The notes: generated from the sequence alone by a model not told the origin. DNA of 64,000 nucleotides from Acidimicrobiales bacterium (GCA_030448025.1 JAUJNQ010000001.1:608432-672431); one strand, 5' to 3'; shown: positions 36,496 through 48,927, counted from the stretch's first letter. Program-made: numbers and translations.

Positions 36496-39218
36496 TCCTG
36501 TCCCACCTCCCGGCCCTCCGGCCACAGCGGGCACAGCCGGTGGAACTCGCAGTGGTCGCAGTCGGCGTCGACCTCGGGGCTGATCTCCTCGGCCCTCATC
36601 CGGGCGGCGAGGGCCAGGATCCACTCCTGGGTGGAGCGGGCATGGCCCGGGGTTATCTCCTGCTCGAAGGCGGTCATGGTGCGCAGGTGCAGGAGGCGCA
36701 GCTGGCGCACGGGTCCAAGTCTGGCCAGCTCGGTGTCCAGCGACGCGCCCAGGTGGTAGGTGGCCAGCTGGATGTCGCCCGACACCTCGGCCGCCCTGGG
36801 CTTGTGCTTTCCGCTCTTGTAGTCCACGACGCGCAGCCCCTCGCCGTCGTCGCTGCGGTCCACCCGGTCTATGCGGCCGGTGAGTCGGTGAGGGCCGACG
36901 TCGACGTGGAAGGGGTGCTCGGTGGCCAGCACCACGGGTGGGTCCTCCCTCCCGCCTTCGTGGTCCCACCAGAGATCCAACATGGCGAACAGGTCCCGGC
37001 GGGCCTCCTCGAGCTGGGGACGGAAAGGTGCCAGGTCGTCGTGCCAGCACTCCTCGGCCAGGCGGTGAAGGCGATCCCGGGTGCGCTCATGGGGAGGCAC
37101 CGGTCCCTCGGGATCACAGAAGCGCTCGAGCACGCCATGCACCAGGTTGCCGAGGTTGGCGTGAACGCCGCTCTGTCCTCGCACACCGAGCCCGTAGCGA
37201 TAGGCGTGCTTGAGCGGGCAGTCCTGGTAGGTGTCGAGCTGGCTGGCCGACAGCGACAGCGCGTCCTCCGGCCACATGGGCAAGGGCCCTGCGGTCGGCG
37301 GCAGGGCCACCGGCGGCGGGCCGTGCTCCAGGGGAATGTGCGGTTCACGCTCGTGCCACCCTTCGACGAAGCGGCTGAGCAGCACGCCCGGCTCGGGAGC
37401 GGCCACCCCAACCAACGCCCCCGTCGCCCGGGTGGTCGCCGACGCGAATAGGCGGCGCTCCTCCTGCAGGCGGGCCAGGTGACGATCATCGGCGGAGCCG
37501 TGCGCTCCCAGACCAATGGTCCAAGGGTCGAAGAACCGCATGCCCTCTCCGACGCGCGGCAGCTCACCTTCCACGCAGCCGGCGACGACCACGGTGTGCC
37601 ACTGTTGACCGGCGGCGGCGGAAACCGATGTGACGGTGACTGTGCCCGGCGACGCCGCACCGGCGACCCACGGGTCCGGGCCGCCGGAAGGGGCTTCGAG
37701 CAGAGTCAGGTAGTCGTCCAGGGCGGTGCCCGGGTGTTGCTCGACGTGGTGGCTCACGCCTTCCAGGAAGGCGCGCACGGCGTCGAGGGCCCGCTCCTCG
37801 GGGGCGGTGGCGGGCTGGTCAGGCCCGTGCACCAGGTGGGCCAGGCCCAGCCTGAAGGCCCGGTGGGCGAGCGTTGCCACATCGTCAGTGGCCGCTCGAG
37901 CGACCAGGGCGTCGCGGATCGACACCAGGGGGGCCAGAGCGGGCTGGCTCTCGAGATCGACACCGGCACTCTTCGTCTCCCGGCGGAGCCGGCGGACCGT
38001 GGCCGGCTCGAGGTCGGTGAGCGGGGAGCTGAGGAGCCGTTCGAGGGCGCTCGGGTCGCCGTTCACCCAGCGCAGGAGGTCGATCAGGCTTCGAACGACT
38101 GGTTCATCGGCCATTCGGGACGCGATGGGCGCGACGGGGACGCCATGGCGCTCCAGGGCTCGGGTGATCGCCCGGGCGCGCCGACCGGTGCTTCGCACGA
38201 GCACAGCCATGTTCTCCCACTCCACCCCCGCGCCGTGGGCGGTGAGCAGCTCGCCGGCCACGGCTTCGGGTTCGTTAGAGGGATGACGGCATCGCACGAT
38301 CGCTGGGGCGGCAGGCCGGCGGAAGCCACGTGCCAGAACGACGTCCTCGTCCGCCTCCAGGCTCTCGAAGCAGGCAGCCGAGGAACCCCGTGCCGGGTCG
38401 ACGGCTCCGGCGGGGTTGGCGGCCACCGTGAGACCGGCCCCCGTGACGCCGGAGCCATCCGTCGGCACGAGTCGGCGAACCAGGTGGTGGACGGCTGGCG
38501 TGGCCGCTTCGTAGTCGTCGATCAGCACGTGTGGATGGCGGGCTCGCTGCGTCTGCGCCCGGCCGGCGTCGTCGAGGAGAGCGCCTGCCTCGGTGAGCAC
38601 GCCGGCGCTGTCCACCAAGCCCCGCTCGGCCAGAGTGGCGCGGTAGCGCTCGGCGAAGCCGGCCAGCTCATCCCATCGGGCCTCGGCGCCTGGACTTGCC
38701 CCAGCGGGGGCCCGCAGCTGGTCCGGCGCCAGGCCAGCGGACCCTGCGTGGAGGACGGCGGCGGCCACCTCGTCGACGAAGGCCCTCCTGCCCACGAGCG
38801 GGTGCAGGGTGGGCCAGCGGGCGCGGTCGCCGGTCTCGGTGGCCAGCAGCCCCCTGACCAGCGCCCACTGCTCTGCCCCGGGGACCAAGCGCGGGCGGCG
38901 CCCGGCCAGACGCAGGATGTCGAAGGCCAGACCCCATGGGGTGGTGATGGGCAGGGATTGGAACCCTCCCCTCAGATGGGGCAGGACGACCTGGCCGAAC
39001 CGCTGAGCAGCCGCTCGATTGCCGACCAGCACCAGGACCCGATGGGCGCCGACCTCGGCGGCCAAGCGGAGGTAGCGGTGGACGAGGACCGTGGTCTTTC
39101 CCGTTCCTGCCCCGCCGCGCACACGGAACAGTCCTCGGTCGTGGGCCACGACCCGTCGTTGTGCGGCGGTGAGGTCTTCGGTGGTGAGATCTGCCGGCAC
39201 GGCCCCGACGGTACCCAT
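36492..39218 (-). CDS. UvrD-like ATPase fused to a RecB/Cas4-like nuclease (AdnA-like)
   Basis: 908 aa, from the internal ATG (MGTVGAVPADL) of the artefactual 1345-aa track ORF. Contains GGAGTGKTT, then C-terminal DYKSGK and CDHCEFHRLC. Confidence 0.8.
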   Translation of the reverse strand: MGTVGAVPADLTTEDLTAAQRRVVAHDRGLFRVRGGAGTGKTTVLVHRYLRLAAEVGAHRVLVLVGNRAAAQRFGQVVLPHLRGGFQSLPITTPWGLAFDILRLAGRRPRLVPGAEQWALVRGLLATETGDRARWPTLHPLVGRRAFVDEVAAAVLHAGSAGLAPDQLRAPAGASPGAEARWDELAGFAERYRATLAERGLVDSAGVLTEAGALLDDAGRAQTQRARHPHVLIDDYEAATPAVHHLVRRLVPTDGSGVTGAGLTVAANPAGAVDPARGSSAACFESLEADEDVVLARGFRRPAAPAIVRCRHPSNEPEAVAGELLTAHGAGVEWENMAVLVRSTGRRARAITRALERHGVPVAPIASRMADEPVVRSLIDLLRWVNGDPSALERLLSSPLTDLEPATVRRLRRETKSAGVDLESQPALAPLVSIRDALVARAATDDVATLAHRAFRLGLAHLVHGPDQPATAPEERALDAVRAFLEGVSHHVEQHPGTALDDYLTLLEAPSGGPDPWVAGAASPGTVTVTSVSAAAGQQWHTVVVAGCVEGELPRVGEGMRFFDPWTIGLGAHGSADDRHLARLQEERRLFASATTRATGALVGVAAPEPGVLLSRFVEGWHEREPHIPLEHGPPPVALPPTAGPLPMWPEDALSLSASQLDTYQDCPLKHAYRYGLGVRGQSGVHANLGNLVHGVLERFCDPEGPVPPHERTRDRLHRLAEECWHDDLAPFRPQLEEARRDLFAMLDLWWDHEGGREDPPVVLATEHPFHVDVGPHRLTGRIDRVDRSDDGEGLRVVDYKSGKHKPRAAEVSGDIQLATYHLGASLDTELARLGPVRQLRLLHLRTMTAFEQEITPGHARSTQEWILALAARMRAEEISPEVDADCDHCEFHRLCPLWPEGREVGQE

Positions 39219-39292
39219 CGGGTGTGACACCTCTCGGGTGTGACACCTCGAAGCCGGTCCGGCGACAGGGCCGTGAGCCGAGGCGGGGGCTG

Positions 39293-39460
39293 CTAGTCCT
39301 TGGTCACGAAGCCTTTGACCTTCTCGCCCACCTCGTCGATCTTCTCCTTGGTCTTGCCCTTGGTCTGGTCGACCTTGCCCTCCCGCTGAAGGTCCTCGTT
39401 GTCGGTGAGGTCCCCGGCGGCCTCCTTGGCCCTGCCCTTGAGCTCGTCCTTGTTTGCCAT
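39293..39460 (-). CDS. CsbD-family stress-response protein (55 aa)
   Basis: Own translation: MANKDELKGRAKEAAGDLTDNEDLQREGKVDQTKGKTKEKIDEVGEKVKGFVTKD. Classic CsbD pattern. Below the track length cut-off. Confidence 0.8.
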   Translation of the reverse strand: MANKDELKGRAKEAAGDLTDNEDLQREGKVDQTKGKTKEKIDEVGEKVKGFVTKD

Positions 39461-39495
39461 GGGAACAGGATAGGGGCCGGGCGAGCCAGCAGGGC

Positions 39496-40512
39496 TCAGC
39501 GGGCGAGGATCTCCTCGAAGAGGTCCAGGTGCTCGCCCACCATGCGCTTGGCCGAGAAGTAGTCCTCGGTCGAGGCCCGGCAGTCGTTGCGGTCGAGCTG
39601 GTCGACTCGGCTGATGGCCTCGGCCATGTCGTTCTCGTCGTGGCAGAGGAAGCCGGTCTTGCCGTCCTCCACGTCTCGGGGGCGGCGCCCTCGGAGAAGG
39701 CGAGAACTGGTGTCCCGCAGGCGAGGGCCTCGACCATCACCATGCCGAACGGCTCGTTCCAGCGGATGGGCACCAGGAGGCAGCGGGCATTGGCCAGAAG
39801 CTCCAGCTTGTCCTCGTGCGACACCTCGCCCATGTAGTGGATGTTGTCGTCGAGCTGCGGCTCGACCTCGGCGCGGTAGTACTCGTGCTCCCAGGGCTCA
39901 CGCATCTTGGCCGCCATCCGCAGCGGGTAGCCGGCCTTGTTGGCCGCGACGCTGGCCCGGTGCGCGCCCTTGTCGGCGGACATGCGGCCGAGGAACATGC
40001 AGTAGTCACCTTCACCGGTGCCCACAGGGAACATCTTGACGTCGACCCCGTGGTGGATGACCCGGGCGATGGGGATGTCCGGCACGGGCTCGTGCTGGGC
40101 GTGGGAGATGGCGATGAGCGGGACCCGGTGGGCGGTCCGCCGGTAGATGTCGGCCAGCTCGTCGTTCGAACGGGCCGTGGTTGGTGGTGACCACGTTGAG
40201 GTCGGGGAAGCGCTCCGAGTAGAGGGGACCGACCACGCTGTGATCGTGGACGATGTCGAAGTCCTGGACGGTGTCATAGGCGTGCATGAGGTGGCGGAGC
40301 TCGGGGACGGCCATGCCGATCCGGTACCCCTCGGCCTCCTCCAGGACGTGGGCCCTGGGCACGGGGCACGTGGAGTCGCCGGTCGTGTAGAGCAGGACCT
40401 CGTGACCCTCGTCCTGGAAGCCGGTGGCGAGCAGGTGCACGACGGATTCGATGCCTCCGTACAGAGGCGGGGGGATCGGTGTCCATGGAGGAGCGATGAG
40501 AGCGATACGCAT
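39496..40512 (-). pseudogene. GT4-family glycosyltransferase with two frame changes (net in-frame)
   Basis: N-terminus MRIALIAPPW..YGGIESVV (frame of ORF 40012-40512). Middle NDELADIYRR..EPFGMVMVEALACGTPVLAF (frame of ORF 36492-40529). C-terminus VEDGKTGFLCHDENDMAEAI..LFEEILAR* is back in the first frame. Junctions are near 40165 and at the G5 run 39678-39682. Confidence 0.75.
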
Positions 40513-40580
40513 GGGCTCCAGTGAAGCACTGCCGACTGCCGCGGTGGCGGTTTGGCCAGCCGTTAAGATGCTGGTTCCCC

Positions 40581-40654
40581 GGGCGTATGGCTCAGTTGGT
40601 TAGAGCGCAGCCTTCACACGGCTGAGGTCACAGGTTCGAGTCCTGTTACGCCCA
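40581..40654 (+). tRNA. tRNA-Val (anticodon CAC)
   Basis: Manual cloverleaf: acceptor GGGCGTA/TACGCCC, D arm GCTC..GAGC, anticodon stem CAGCC/GGCTG with loop TTCACAC, T arm ACAGG-TTCGAGT-CCTGT, discriminator A. CCA is not encoded. Confidence 0.9.
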
Positions 40655-40655
40655 C
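40617..40655 (+). repeat. attL: 39-bp direct repeat (3' part of tRNA-Val)
   Basis: cacggctgaggtcacaggttcgagtcctgttacgcccac. Identical copy at 63336-63374. Confidence 0.85.
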
Positions 40656-40863
40656 CGCAAAAGCCCAGGTCAGAGGGGGTGCGGGCTCCCAGCCCACTTC
40701 CTCAGGTGCCATTCCCCCGCGAGAAACCCGCGAGAACCCGCGGCACAGGGCGACATTCGACGCCATTAGCCGGCACGGGAAGGCACCAAACGGCACGGTC
40801 GGGAGTTGGACCGAGCGTTGCTACGACGTCCGTCGGATGGCGGGCTGGAGTCACGTGGTGACC

Positions 40864-42405
40864 TGTTTCTGAGTTCGCGACACAGATCCCGGTTGGATTA
40901 GCCAACATCGTCGGGTCCCTGGTCGGATTGGGGTGGAGGCTGCTGTCGATGGTAGGCGAGGCGTCGAAGACGGGCGGCTTCGAGATCGGCCTCTCGAGCT
41001 TTGCGGATGGCTGGGCCTCGTCCCTCGTGCTCGTCGTCGGGGGTGACGTAGCCAATGGCGTGGAGCCGCACCCCGTTGTAGCGGCTGCGGATGAGGGCGA
41101 GCTCAGCTCGGAGCACGGCCGGGTCGGCGATGGTGAGGAGGTGGGGCCACTCGGCCTTGAGGTGTCCGAACAGCGACTCGATCCAGGCTTGGTCCGTCGG
41201 GGTGCCGGGCCGGCCGAAGTGCTGGGCGATGGCCATGAGGGCCATGAGGGCCTCTCGAGTCGAGCCCGAAGTCATCTGGGGCCCGTTGTCGGAGATGGCC
41301 AACAGGATGGGGCGGTTGTCGTCATCGACGCTGGGATCGACGCGGCCGTCGGCTCGAGCCTCCACGAGGGGGAGCAGGCCTTCGACGGCCAGGGCGTTGC
41401 TGAAGACGATCTGGACCTGCGTCGAGGTCTCCTCGGCCGAGACGATGTCGGCGATCCACTTTCGAGAGACCAGGTCCTCGATCACCGTCACGGACACGCC
41501 CGCTCGACTGAAGTGCGACGTGTCGTAGATCCACAGCTGCTTGGGCCGGTAGTCGACCCACTCGGGGAAGGCCTGGCGCGCCGAACGCCCGGGGCGGGGC
41601 GGTGGTCGCAGATGAAGGCCCTGAGCAGCCAGAACGCGCCGCACTGAGACGGCGACACCCACACCCGATCGGTGTAGGAGCCTCGGTGGGCGAGCTTGCG
41701 ATGGGAGCGGTCGACCTCGCCCCAGTCGTGGTAGAGCGCCACGATCTCGGCCACCTCGTCATCGAGCAGGCCATGCATGGGGTGGCCACCGGGGTGCGGT
41801 CGCCGAGCTGGCCGGCGGCGCGGCGCTCGGCCCAACGCCACGCCCGTCGCTCGCCCACCTCCAGTTCCCGCCACGCCCGCCGGTGCGACCAGCCGGCCTC
41901 GACCGCTTTGTCGACAAGGTCCAGCAGTCCCGCCTTGGTGGCCTCATCGACACGACTCGGGACTCGGCCACTCAGCCCCAGGCTCCTTTTCCTCCACCAG
42001 CATCAGCTTCACCGCCATCTCCTTGAGCGCCTCGCCCAGACGAGCGGCATCGGCCCGGGCCGCCTCCAACTCGAAGTCTCTGCGCCGCCTTGGCGCCAGG
42101 CCGGGACCTGGCCAGCGCCTCCAAGGCGCCCTCCTTGGCCACCGTGCGGATGCGCATGATCGATCGTCGAGCGGTCCACCTGCCAGCGCTCGGCAGCCTC
42201 GGCCATGGTGGCCTCGTGCCGCACCAGCTGGAGGTAGATCTCGTACTTCTGCAATGGCGTCAGGAACCGCTTGGAGCGGCGTCCCGCATGGTCGGTTCCA
42301 CGGGTGGGATCGGGCATGGTCGGATGCTCCTCTACTGGTCGAGGAGACCCGCGGATGCTGCTTGATCAACCAGCCGATCTGTGACACGAAGTCAGGCGCA
42401 AACCA
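40864..42405 (-). mobile_element. IS3-family-type insertion sequence (orfA/orfB, rve DDE transposase), degraded or error-laden
   Basis: Imperfect terminal inverted repeats: left TGTTTCTGAGTTCGCGACACAGATC (from 40864) and right reverse-complement TGGTTTGCGCCTGACTTCGTGTCACAGATC (to 42405). Flanked by identical GTGGTGACC at 40855-40863 and 42406-42414. Confidence 0.7.
40898..42317 (-). pseudogene. IS transposase orfA-orfB, read through at least 4 non-programmed frame changes
   Basis: OrfA pieces: RFLTPLQKYEIYLQLVRHEATMAEAAERWQVDRSTI / MRIRTVAKEGALEAL / DFELEAARADAARLGEALKEMAVKLMLVEEK. OrfB pieces: GLLDLVDKAVEAGWSHRRAW.. / GLLDDEVAEIVALYHDWGEVDRSHRKLAHRGSY / intact rve core 40898-41662 (WIYDTSHF...SDNGPQMTS...ESLFGHLKAEW). 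Confidence 0.65.
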
Positions 42406-42643
42406 GTGGTGACCGTTCCAGGGTGCCGGCACCGCTCGCCACGAGGAAGTGGCACGGGCTGAAGGTCTCAACCCGCACCGTGCCCGAACAAACGGGCCCA
42501 TCGATCCGGGCGCGTGGAACCCTACGCGCCTGGTTCGCAGAGGGAAAGTGGCGATGCCACCGCGAGCGAAGCTCCGGGCCCCGCGCCCGACAGGGACCCG
42601 CGCTTCGACCGGCCGAACTCCCGCTGGATGGCGAAGCGGCTCC

Positions 42644-43768
42644 TCATAGGTTCGAGGACCCGGGCAGGGCCAGGACATCGGCGTCTGACACCGGAGGGCA
42701 CGAACCAAGATCCTCGAGGCGGGCCAGAACGGCCTCCTCGTGCCCAGGGAATAGGTGACCGTAGCGGTCGAGGACGACCGAGACCGAGGTGTGACCCGCC
42801 CACGTGGCGATCTGCTTTGGGCTGGCGCCGGCGGCGATCCAAAGTGAGACTGCCGTGTGTCGGAGGTCATGCGGGCGCAACGGCTCCAGTCCGGCAGCTC
42901 GAACTGCCGGCCGCCAGTGACGTGCCCGCCATGCGTTCGACCGGAGGGCACCGCCGTCGGCGCCCGGGAACACGAGCGCCTCAGGCGCAGCGTCGGCGAA
43001 CTCTGTCAGGTGGGCGGTCAACTCCTCCGCCACGAACCGAGGGATCGGCACCGTGCGCTGTCCGGCCTTCGTCTTCGGCACGCCGAGGGTGAGTTGACCC
43101 CGTACCTCGACGGCGATCTCGGCGACGCGTACCTGGCTGCGAAGGAGGTCGAGCCGGCCACGGCGGAGCCCTGCCAGTTCGCCGAGGCGCAGTCCGCAAT
43201 AGGCGTCGAAGAGCACGAGGGCTCGATAGCGAGGGTTGATGGCACCGGAGAGGGCGGCCACCTCAGGAGGCGTCAGGAAGCGCATCTCCTGGCGCTCGAC
43301 CCTGGGCAGGGGGATGTTCCGGCAAGGGGAGTGGCTGATGAGGTTGGCGTCCACCGCAGCCCGCAGGACCTTGGAGAGCGTCTGGTAGGCCTTCTGCACG
43401 GTCGCCGGCGCGAGCCCACGAGCGGTCAGCTCGGCCACCCAGGTTCGAACGTCAAGGTGGGTGATGCGCCCGATAGGCACCGGACCGAAGGCCGGGAGGA
43501 CGTGGGTACGGATATAGGACTCGTCCCGAGCGCGAGAGGTGGCTCGGAGGTTGACGGTGGTGCCCCACCAGGCATCGAGCCAGTCGGTGAGGAGGATGCG
43601 TCCGCCTGCCGGGTCGCACCAATCACCACGCTGCTGGTCGGCGCCCACCCGTTCGAGGAAGCGCACCGCGTCCCGCTTGGTGCCGAATCGCTGGGATCGC
43701 TCGCGCCGATCCACACCCCGGTAGCGGGCCTCATAGCGGCCGTTGGCAAGTTTTCGCACGTGCCCCAA
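42644..43768 (-). CDS. int: tyrosine-type site-specific integrase
   Basis: 374 aa. N-terminal SAM-like arm/core-binding region. Catalytic HDLRHTAVSLW and GHTSVSVVLDRYGH (R-H-R-Y signature region). Confidence 0.9.
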   Translation of the reverse strand: MGHVRKLANGRYEARYRGVDRRERSQRFGTKRDAVRFLERVGADQQRGDWCDPAGGRILLTDWLDAWWGTTVNLRATSRARDESYIRTHVLPAFGPVPIGRITHLDVRTWVAELTARGLAPATVQKAYQTLSKVLRAAVDANLISHSPCRNIPLPRVERQEMRFLTPPEVAALSGAINPRYRALVLFDAYCGLRLGELAGLRRGRLDLLRSQVRVAEIAVEVRGQLTLGVPKTKAGQRTVPIPRFVAEELTAHLTEFADAAPEALVFPGADGGALRSNAWRARHWRPAVRAAGLEPLRPHDLRHTAVSLWIAAGASPKQIATWAGHTSVSVVLDRYGHLFPGHEEAVLARLEDLGSCPPVSDADVLALPGSSNL

Positions 43769-43919
43769 CGGGCACCTCCCCGTGCTCGTAGCAAATGCGG
43801 GGCCGGACCGCTGGTGGGGTCAGCACCGGGACCGGCGAGAGTGGATTATCTCACCATCGCCGTTCGAGTGGTTGTTTCTCAGCGCTCAGCGCGAACCGTG
43901 CGGGGGGACCGCTTTCCAG

Positions 43920-44339
43920 CTAGAGCGAACCTCTCGGGACGACCCATTCCTGTCGTTGCCCGGTGATGTCGGCGATGCGCTCGAAGTCGGCGTCGTAGTG
44001 GAGAACGGTCAGGCCGGCGGATTCCGCCGCGGCTGCGATCAACAAGTCGGCGATCGGGAGGCGGTGCTGGCCGATTCCGGCCAACAGCCGCTGCACAGCG
44101 ATTGCCCTGGAGGTCACCTCCGGGGTGATCGGCACGTCATCGAGGGCTCGACGCTCGGCGAGAATGGCGTCGTAGGCAGCGAGGCTCCGGGCGCTGTAGA
44201 GGACCTCGAGGTCGATGATGGCGCAGGTCGCCACGAACCCTTCCTCGAGGAGTGGGCGGAGACGTGCCTCGACCGCCGCATGGGTCATCCGGGCGAGGGC
44301 GCTCTTGTCGACCAGGTGGGTCGCCCTCAGGAGCGCCAC
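43920..44339 (-). CDS. vapC: PIN-domain toxin (VapC-like)
   Basis: 139 aa. Acidic PIN positions in HLVDKSAL, IIDLEVL, IADLLIAAAA and HYDADFERI. Overlaps the upstream antitoxin gene by 13 nt. Confidence 0.85.
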   Translation of the reverse strand: MALLRATHLVDKSALARMTHAAVEARLRPLLEEGFVATCAIIDLEVLYSARSLAAYDAILAERRALDDVPITPEVTSRAIAVQRLLAGIGQHRLPIADLLIAAAAESAGLTVLHYDADFERIADITGQRQEWVVPRGSL

Positions 44340-44536
44340 GCGCCGGCCATCACCTCCGAGTCGTCGATCTCCAGGCCGTCCATTGCTACGAGGCGGTCAG
44401 CGTGGCGGCGGCGAAGCTCCGACCGGACTACCTCGCCGAGGGCCTGGTTCACGGTGTCTTTCATCGTCCGAGTACGCAGCACACCGCTGGCCTGCTCCAG
44501 GAGCGTGTCGTCGACGTCTATCAAGCGCTTGGTCAC
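44327..44536 (-). CDS. vapB: type II antitoxin (VapB-like)
   Basis: 69-aa ORF (GTG start) directly upstream of and overlapping vapC. N-terminus TKRLIDVDDTLLEQASGVL resembles the DUF2191/VapB type. Confidence 0.7.
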   Translation of the reverse strand: MTKRLIDVDDTLLEQASGVLRTRTMKDTVNQALGEVVRSELRRRHADRLVAMDGLEIDDSEVMAGAWRS

Positions 44537-45191
44537 ACCAGGAGTATATCCGTCGAAGGCTACCTAAGATATACGTCAGCGAGCGATATGACATGGCCCA
44601 GGTCGCTGGGCTGGTCACGCGTGGCCGAGACGGGGGCTGTCTGACTGCCCTGGCTAACCGGGTGGAGGCCGGTCGCGTCAGGCGGGCCGTTGCCGTGAGG
44701 TCGTCGAGGCCTTCTTTGCCTGACCTGATGAGACCGGAGGACCTGGGCATCATCGGACTCGACTCCTCGATGGAAGCGCGCTTCTATCACGGGGCCGGCA
44801 GCCGCGGGCGGGCGCCTGTGTCAGGAGGAAGGGGACACAAGTGCCGCTGCCATTTGCCCCAACGGCCTGTCGGAAGGGCTCCGACGTGTTGACTTCACCC
44901 CAAGTTGATTCGTAATTGTCAGGGAACGACTAGAGGGCATTCAGCGGTACGCAACGGCACAGGACGACACAGGTCGCAACGGTTTGGGAAGCACCGGGCT
45001 GGAAAACTCAAGTAGGACAAGCGCTTCTGTCGATCCACTCCAGCTTGCCGTATCCCATAGCCCCAGCCCGACCTTGGTACGTTCCCGGTCTCGGCCCCAC
45101 CCGACTCCGAACGCCGGGACCGGTCGCACGTCGCCAGGTTCAGCGGTCGTATTCCCGTCGGCCGCGCAAGAGCGGCATTGTGAAACTGGAC

Positions 45192-45746
45192 ATGCGCGCT
45201 CGGCTCGGCTCCCTGACGACGGCGATTGGCGACTGCGAAGTCGCCGTCGCCGCACCGAGGGAGGCGACCGCCGTGCTTGGGCTTCGAGACAGCCTGGCGC
45301 GCTACCTCTTGAACCGAGGGGTTCGGCAGTGGAAGCCAGGTGAGTTCCCAGCCGAATGGATTGAGGAAAAGATCGCTGCCGGCTCGGTGTATGTGGTCCA
45401 CCGCCACACTCAGCTGATCGGCTCGGTGACCATCACGCGTGAGGACACCCTCACTTGGAGCGAGCGTGACGATCTCGCCGGCTATATCCACATGCTCATG
45501 ATTGACCGAGCCTTCGCTGGCTACGGCGTCGGGCGGTCCCTCCTTGGCTGGTCGGAGGCGACGATCGAGGCCGACGGCCGTGGCCTCGCCCGTCTGGACT
45601 GCGTGCGGAGCAACGATCGGCTCCGCCGGTACTACGAGGAGTTCGGTTACCGGCTGGTGGGCTACCGAGACTTCCCGGAGATCCCCTGGGTGCTCGAGAC
45701 AGCGCTGTACGAGAAGCGCCTTGGGGGAACTGATCACGCCCTCTAA
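45192..45746 (+). CDS. GNAT-family N-acetyltransferase
   Basis: Met50 of track ORF 45045-45746. IHMLMIDRAFAGYGVGRSLL (acetyl-CoA motif A) and RRYYEEFGYRLVG. Confidence 0.75.
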   Translation: MRARLGSLTTAIGDCEVAVAAPREATAVLGLRDSLARYLLNRGVRQWKPGEFPAEWIEEKIAAGSVYVVHRHTQLIGSVTITREDTLTWSERDDLAGYIHMLMIDRAFAGYGVGRSLLGWSEATIEADGRGLARLDCVRSNDRLRRYYEEFGYRLVGYRDFPEIPWVLETALYEKRLGGTDHAL

Positions 45747-46896
45747 CGCTGATCGGGGGATCCGTCGCGCGGAGGCCAGGCCCCCGTGGACGGCGCGGTT
45801 ACCGCGCGCAGAACCCGTGCCGAAGTCGGGCGGTCGTCGCCAGTCCCGAGTGCCGAGTGGTTCCGAGTGTTCCGACCCGGGTGCCGATACAACATCAGCG
45901 CCAGAACGTCGATCTGCTCGCTGGCCGGCGTTGGGGGTTGTCGTCCCGACTCGCTGTCAGGCATCGCACTCTCATTGTCCCGCTCCAGACAGACCATCCG
46001 ACGATTTCCCGTGCGCTCGTCTTTACCGGCGACGTCCACTTCCCTCGCCGACGGACTCCCCGGATCGTCCCCTGAGCAGCCTGCGGCCGCAACCAAAGGC
46101 CAGTTGGCTGCACCCGGCTCTCTTGATGGGGGCAGCCGCAGGCTGCGCTGATCGCAGCCCATCGCGGTGATCGTCGGCTGGCGGGCCGGCAGAGCCGGCC
46201 CCATGCGTTCACGTCGGTGATGAACAATGGTCGGCGACAACAACAAGTGCTGGTCGCTCCGGAGACGAACCCCGCCTGAGGAGCACACTTCGATGCGTCG
46301 GCGTCGAGGAGATTTGTCATGGGGGCGTTCGCGAAGATCTCCACCCCGGCGTCGGCTACGTCCGCCACGAGAAACTCGCTTCTGGCCATCGACGACGTCA
46401 AATGCGGCCTCGAAGCTGTGCGAGCACTTCGCCCACCGAGCCTGGCCCCGGTGCTGAACGCTTTCGCCCGCCTCCTCAACCCCATCATGGCCACAGAGAG
46501 TCGGACTCCTCCGGTGACAAGGGCTGGCTCCAGTGGTATCGCTGACCGACGTCGCGCCTCAGCTCGACAGGCACGTTTCAACTCGCCCGAGGTTTCTTCA
46601 CTCCTCGGCTACGACTCGCAAACCTAAGCCGTGAGCCTCGGAAAGGACGCACCGACGACGATTCTTGCATTGGAGTGGGCATTGGATGGGTGTCGGGTCC
46701 TGGAGTCGCCGGGCTAAAGCCAGGGTCGTCGCCGACCGACAAGGAAGTGATGAGCGCGGCGAGGGGCCGGATGAGCTCGCTGTACCAGCACGGGCCGATC
46801 GGTGACCTGCGCCCGGCGTGGCGGGGGGTCGACCCCGACGGCGCCTCTGCCTGGTCGAAGGATGCAGCGTGACGGCACTCGCAGGAGAGGCAAGCG

Positions 46897-48927
<2,031 letters not shown>

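Noticed and set aside
36492-40529. A 1345-aa ORF suggesting one giant protein
   Set aside because: It is a read-through artefact of GC-rich sequence. It fuses the AdnA-like gene (real start 39218), sequence antisense-free of stops across the CsbD region, and the middle segment of the frame-broken GT4 gene. Its N-terminal 430 aa are low-complexity Ser/Thr/Pro/Arg except for the GT4 segment.
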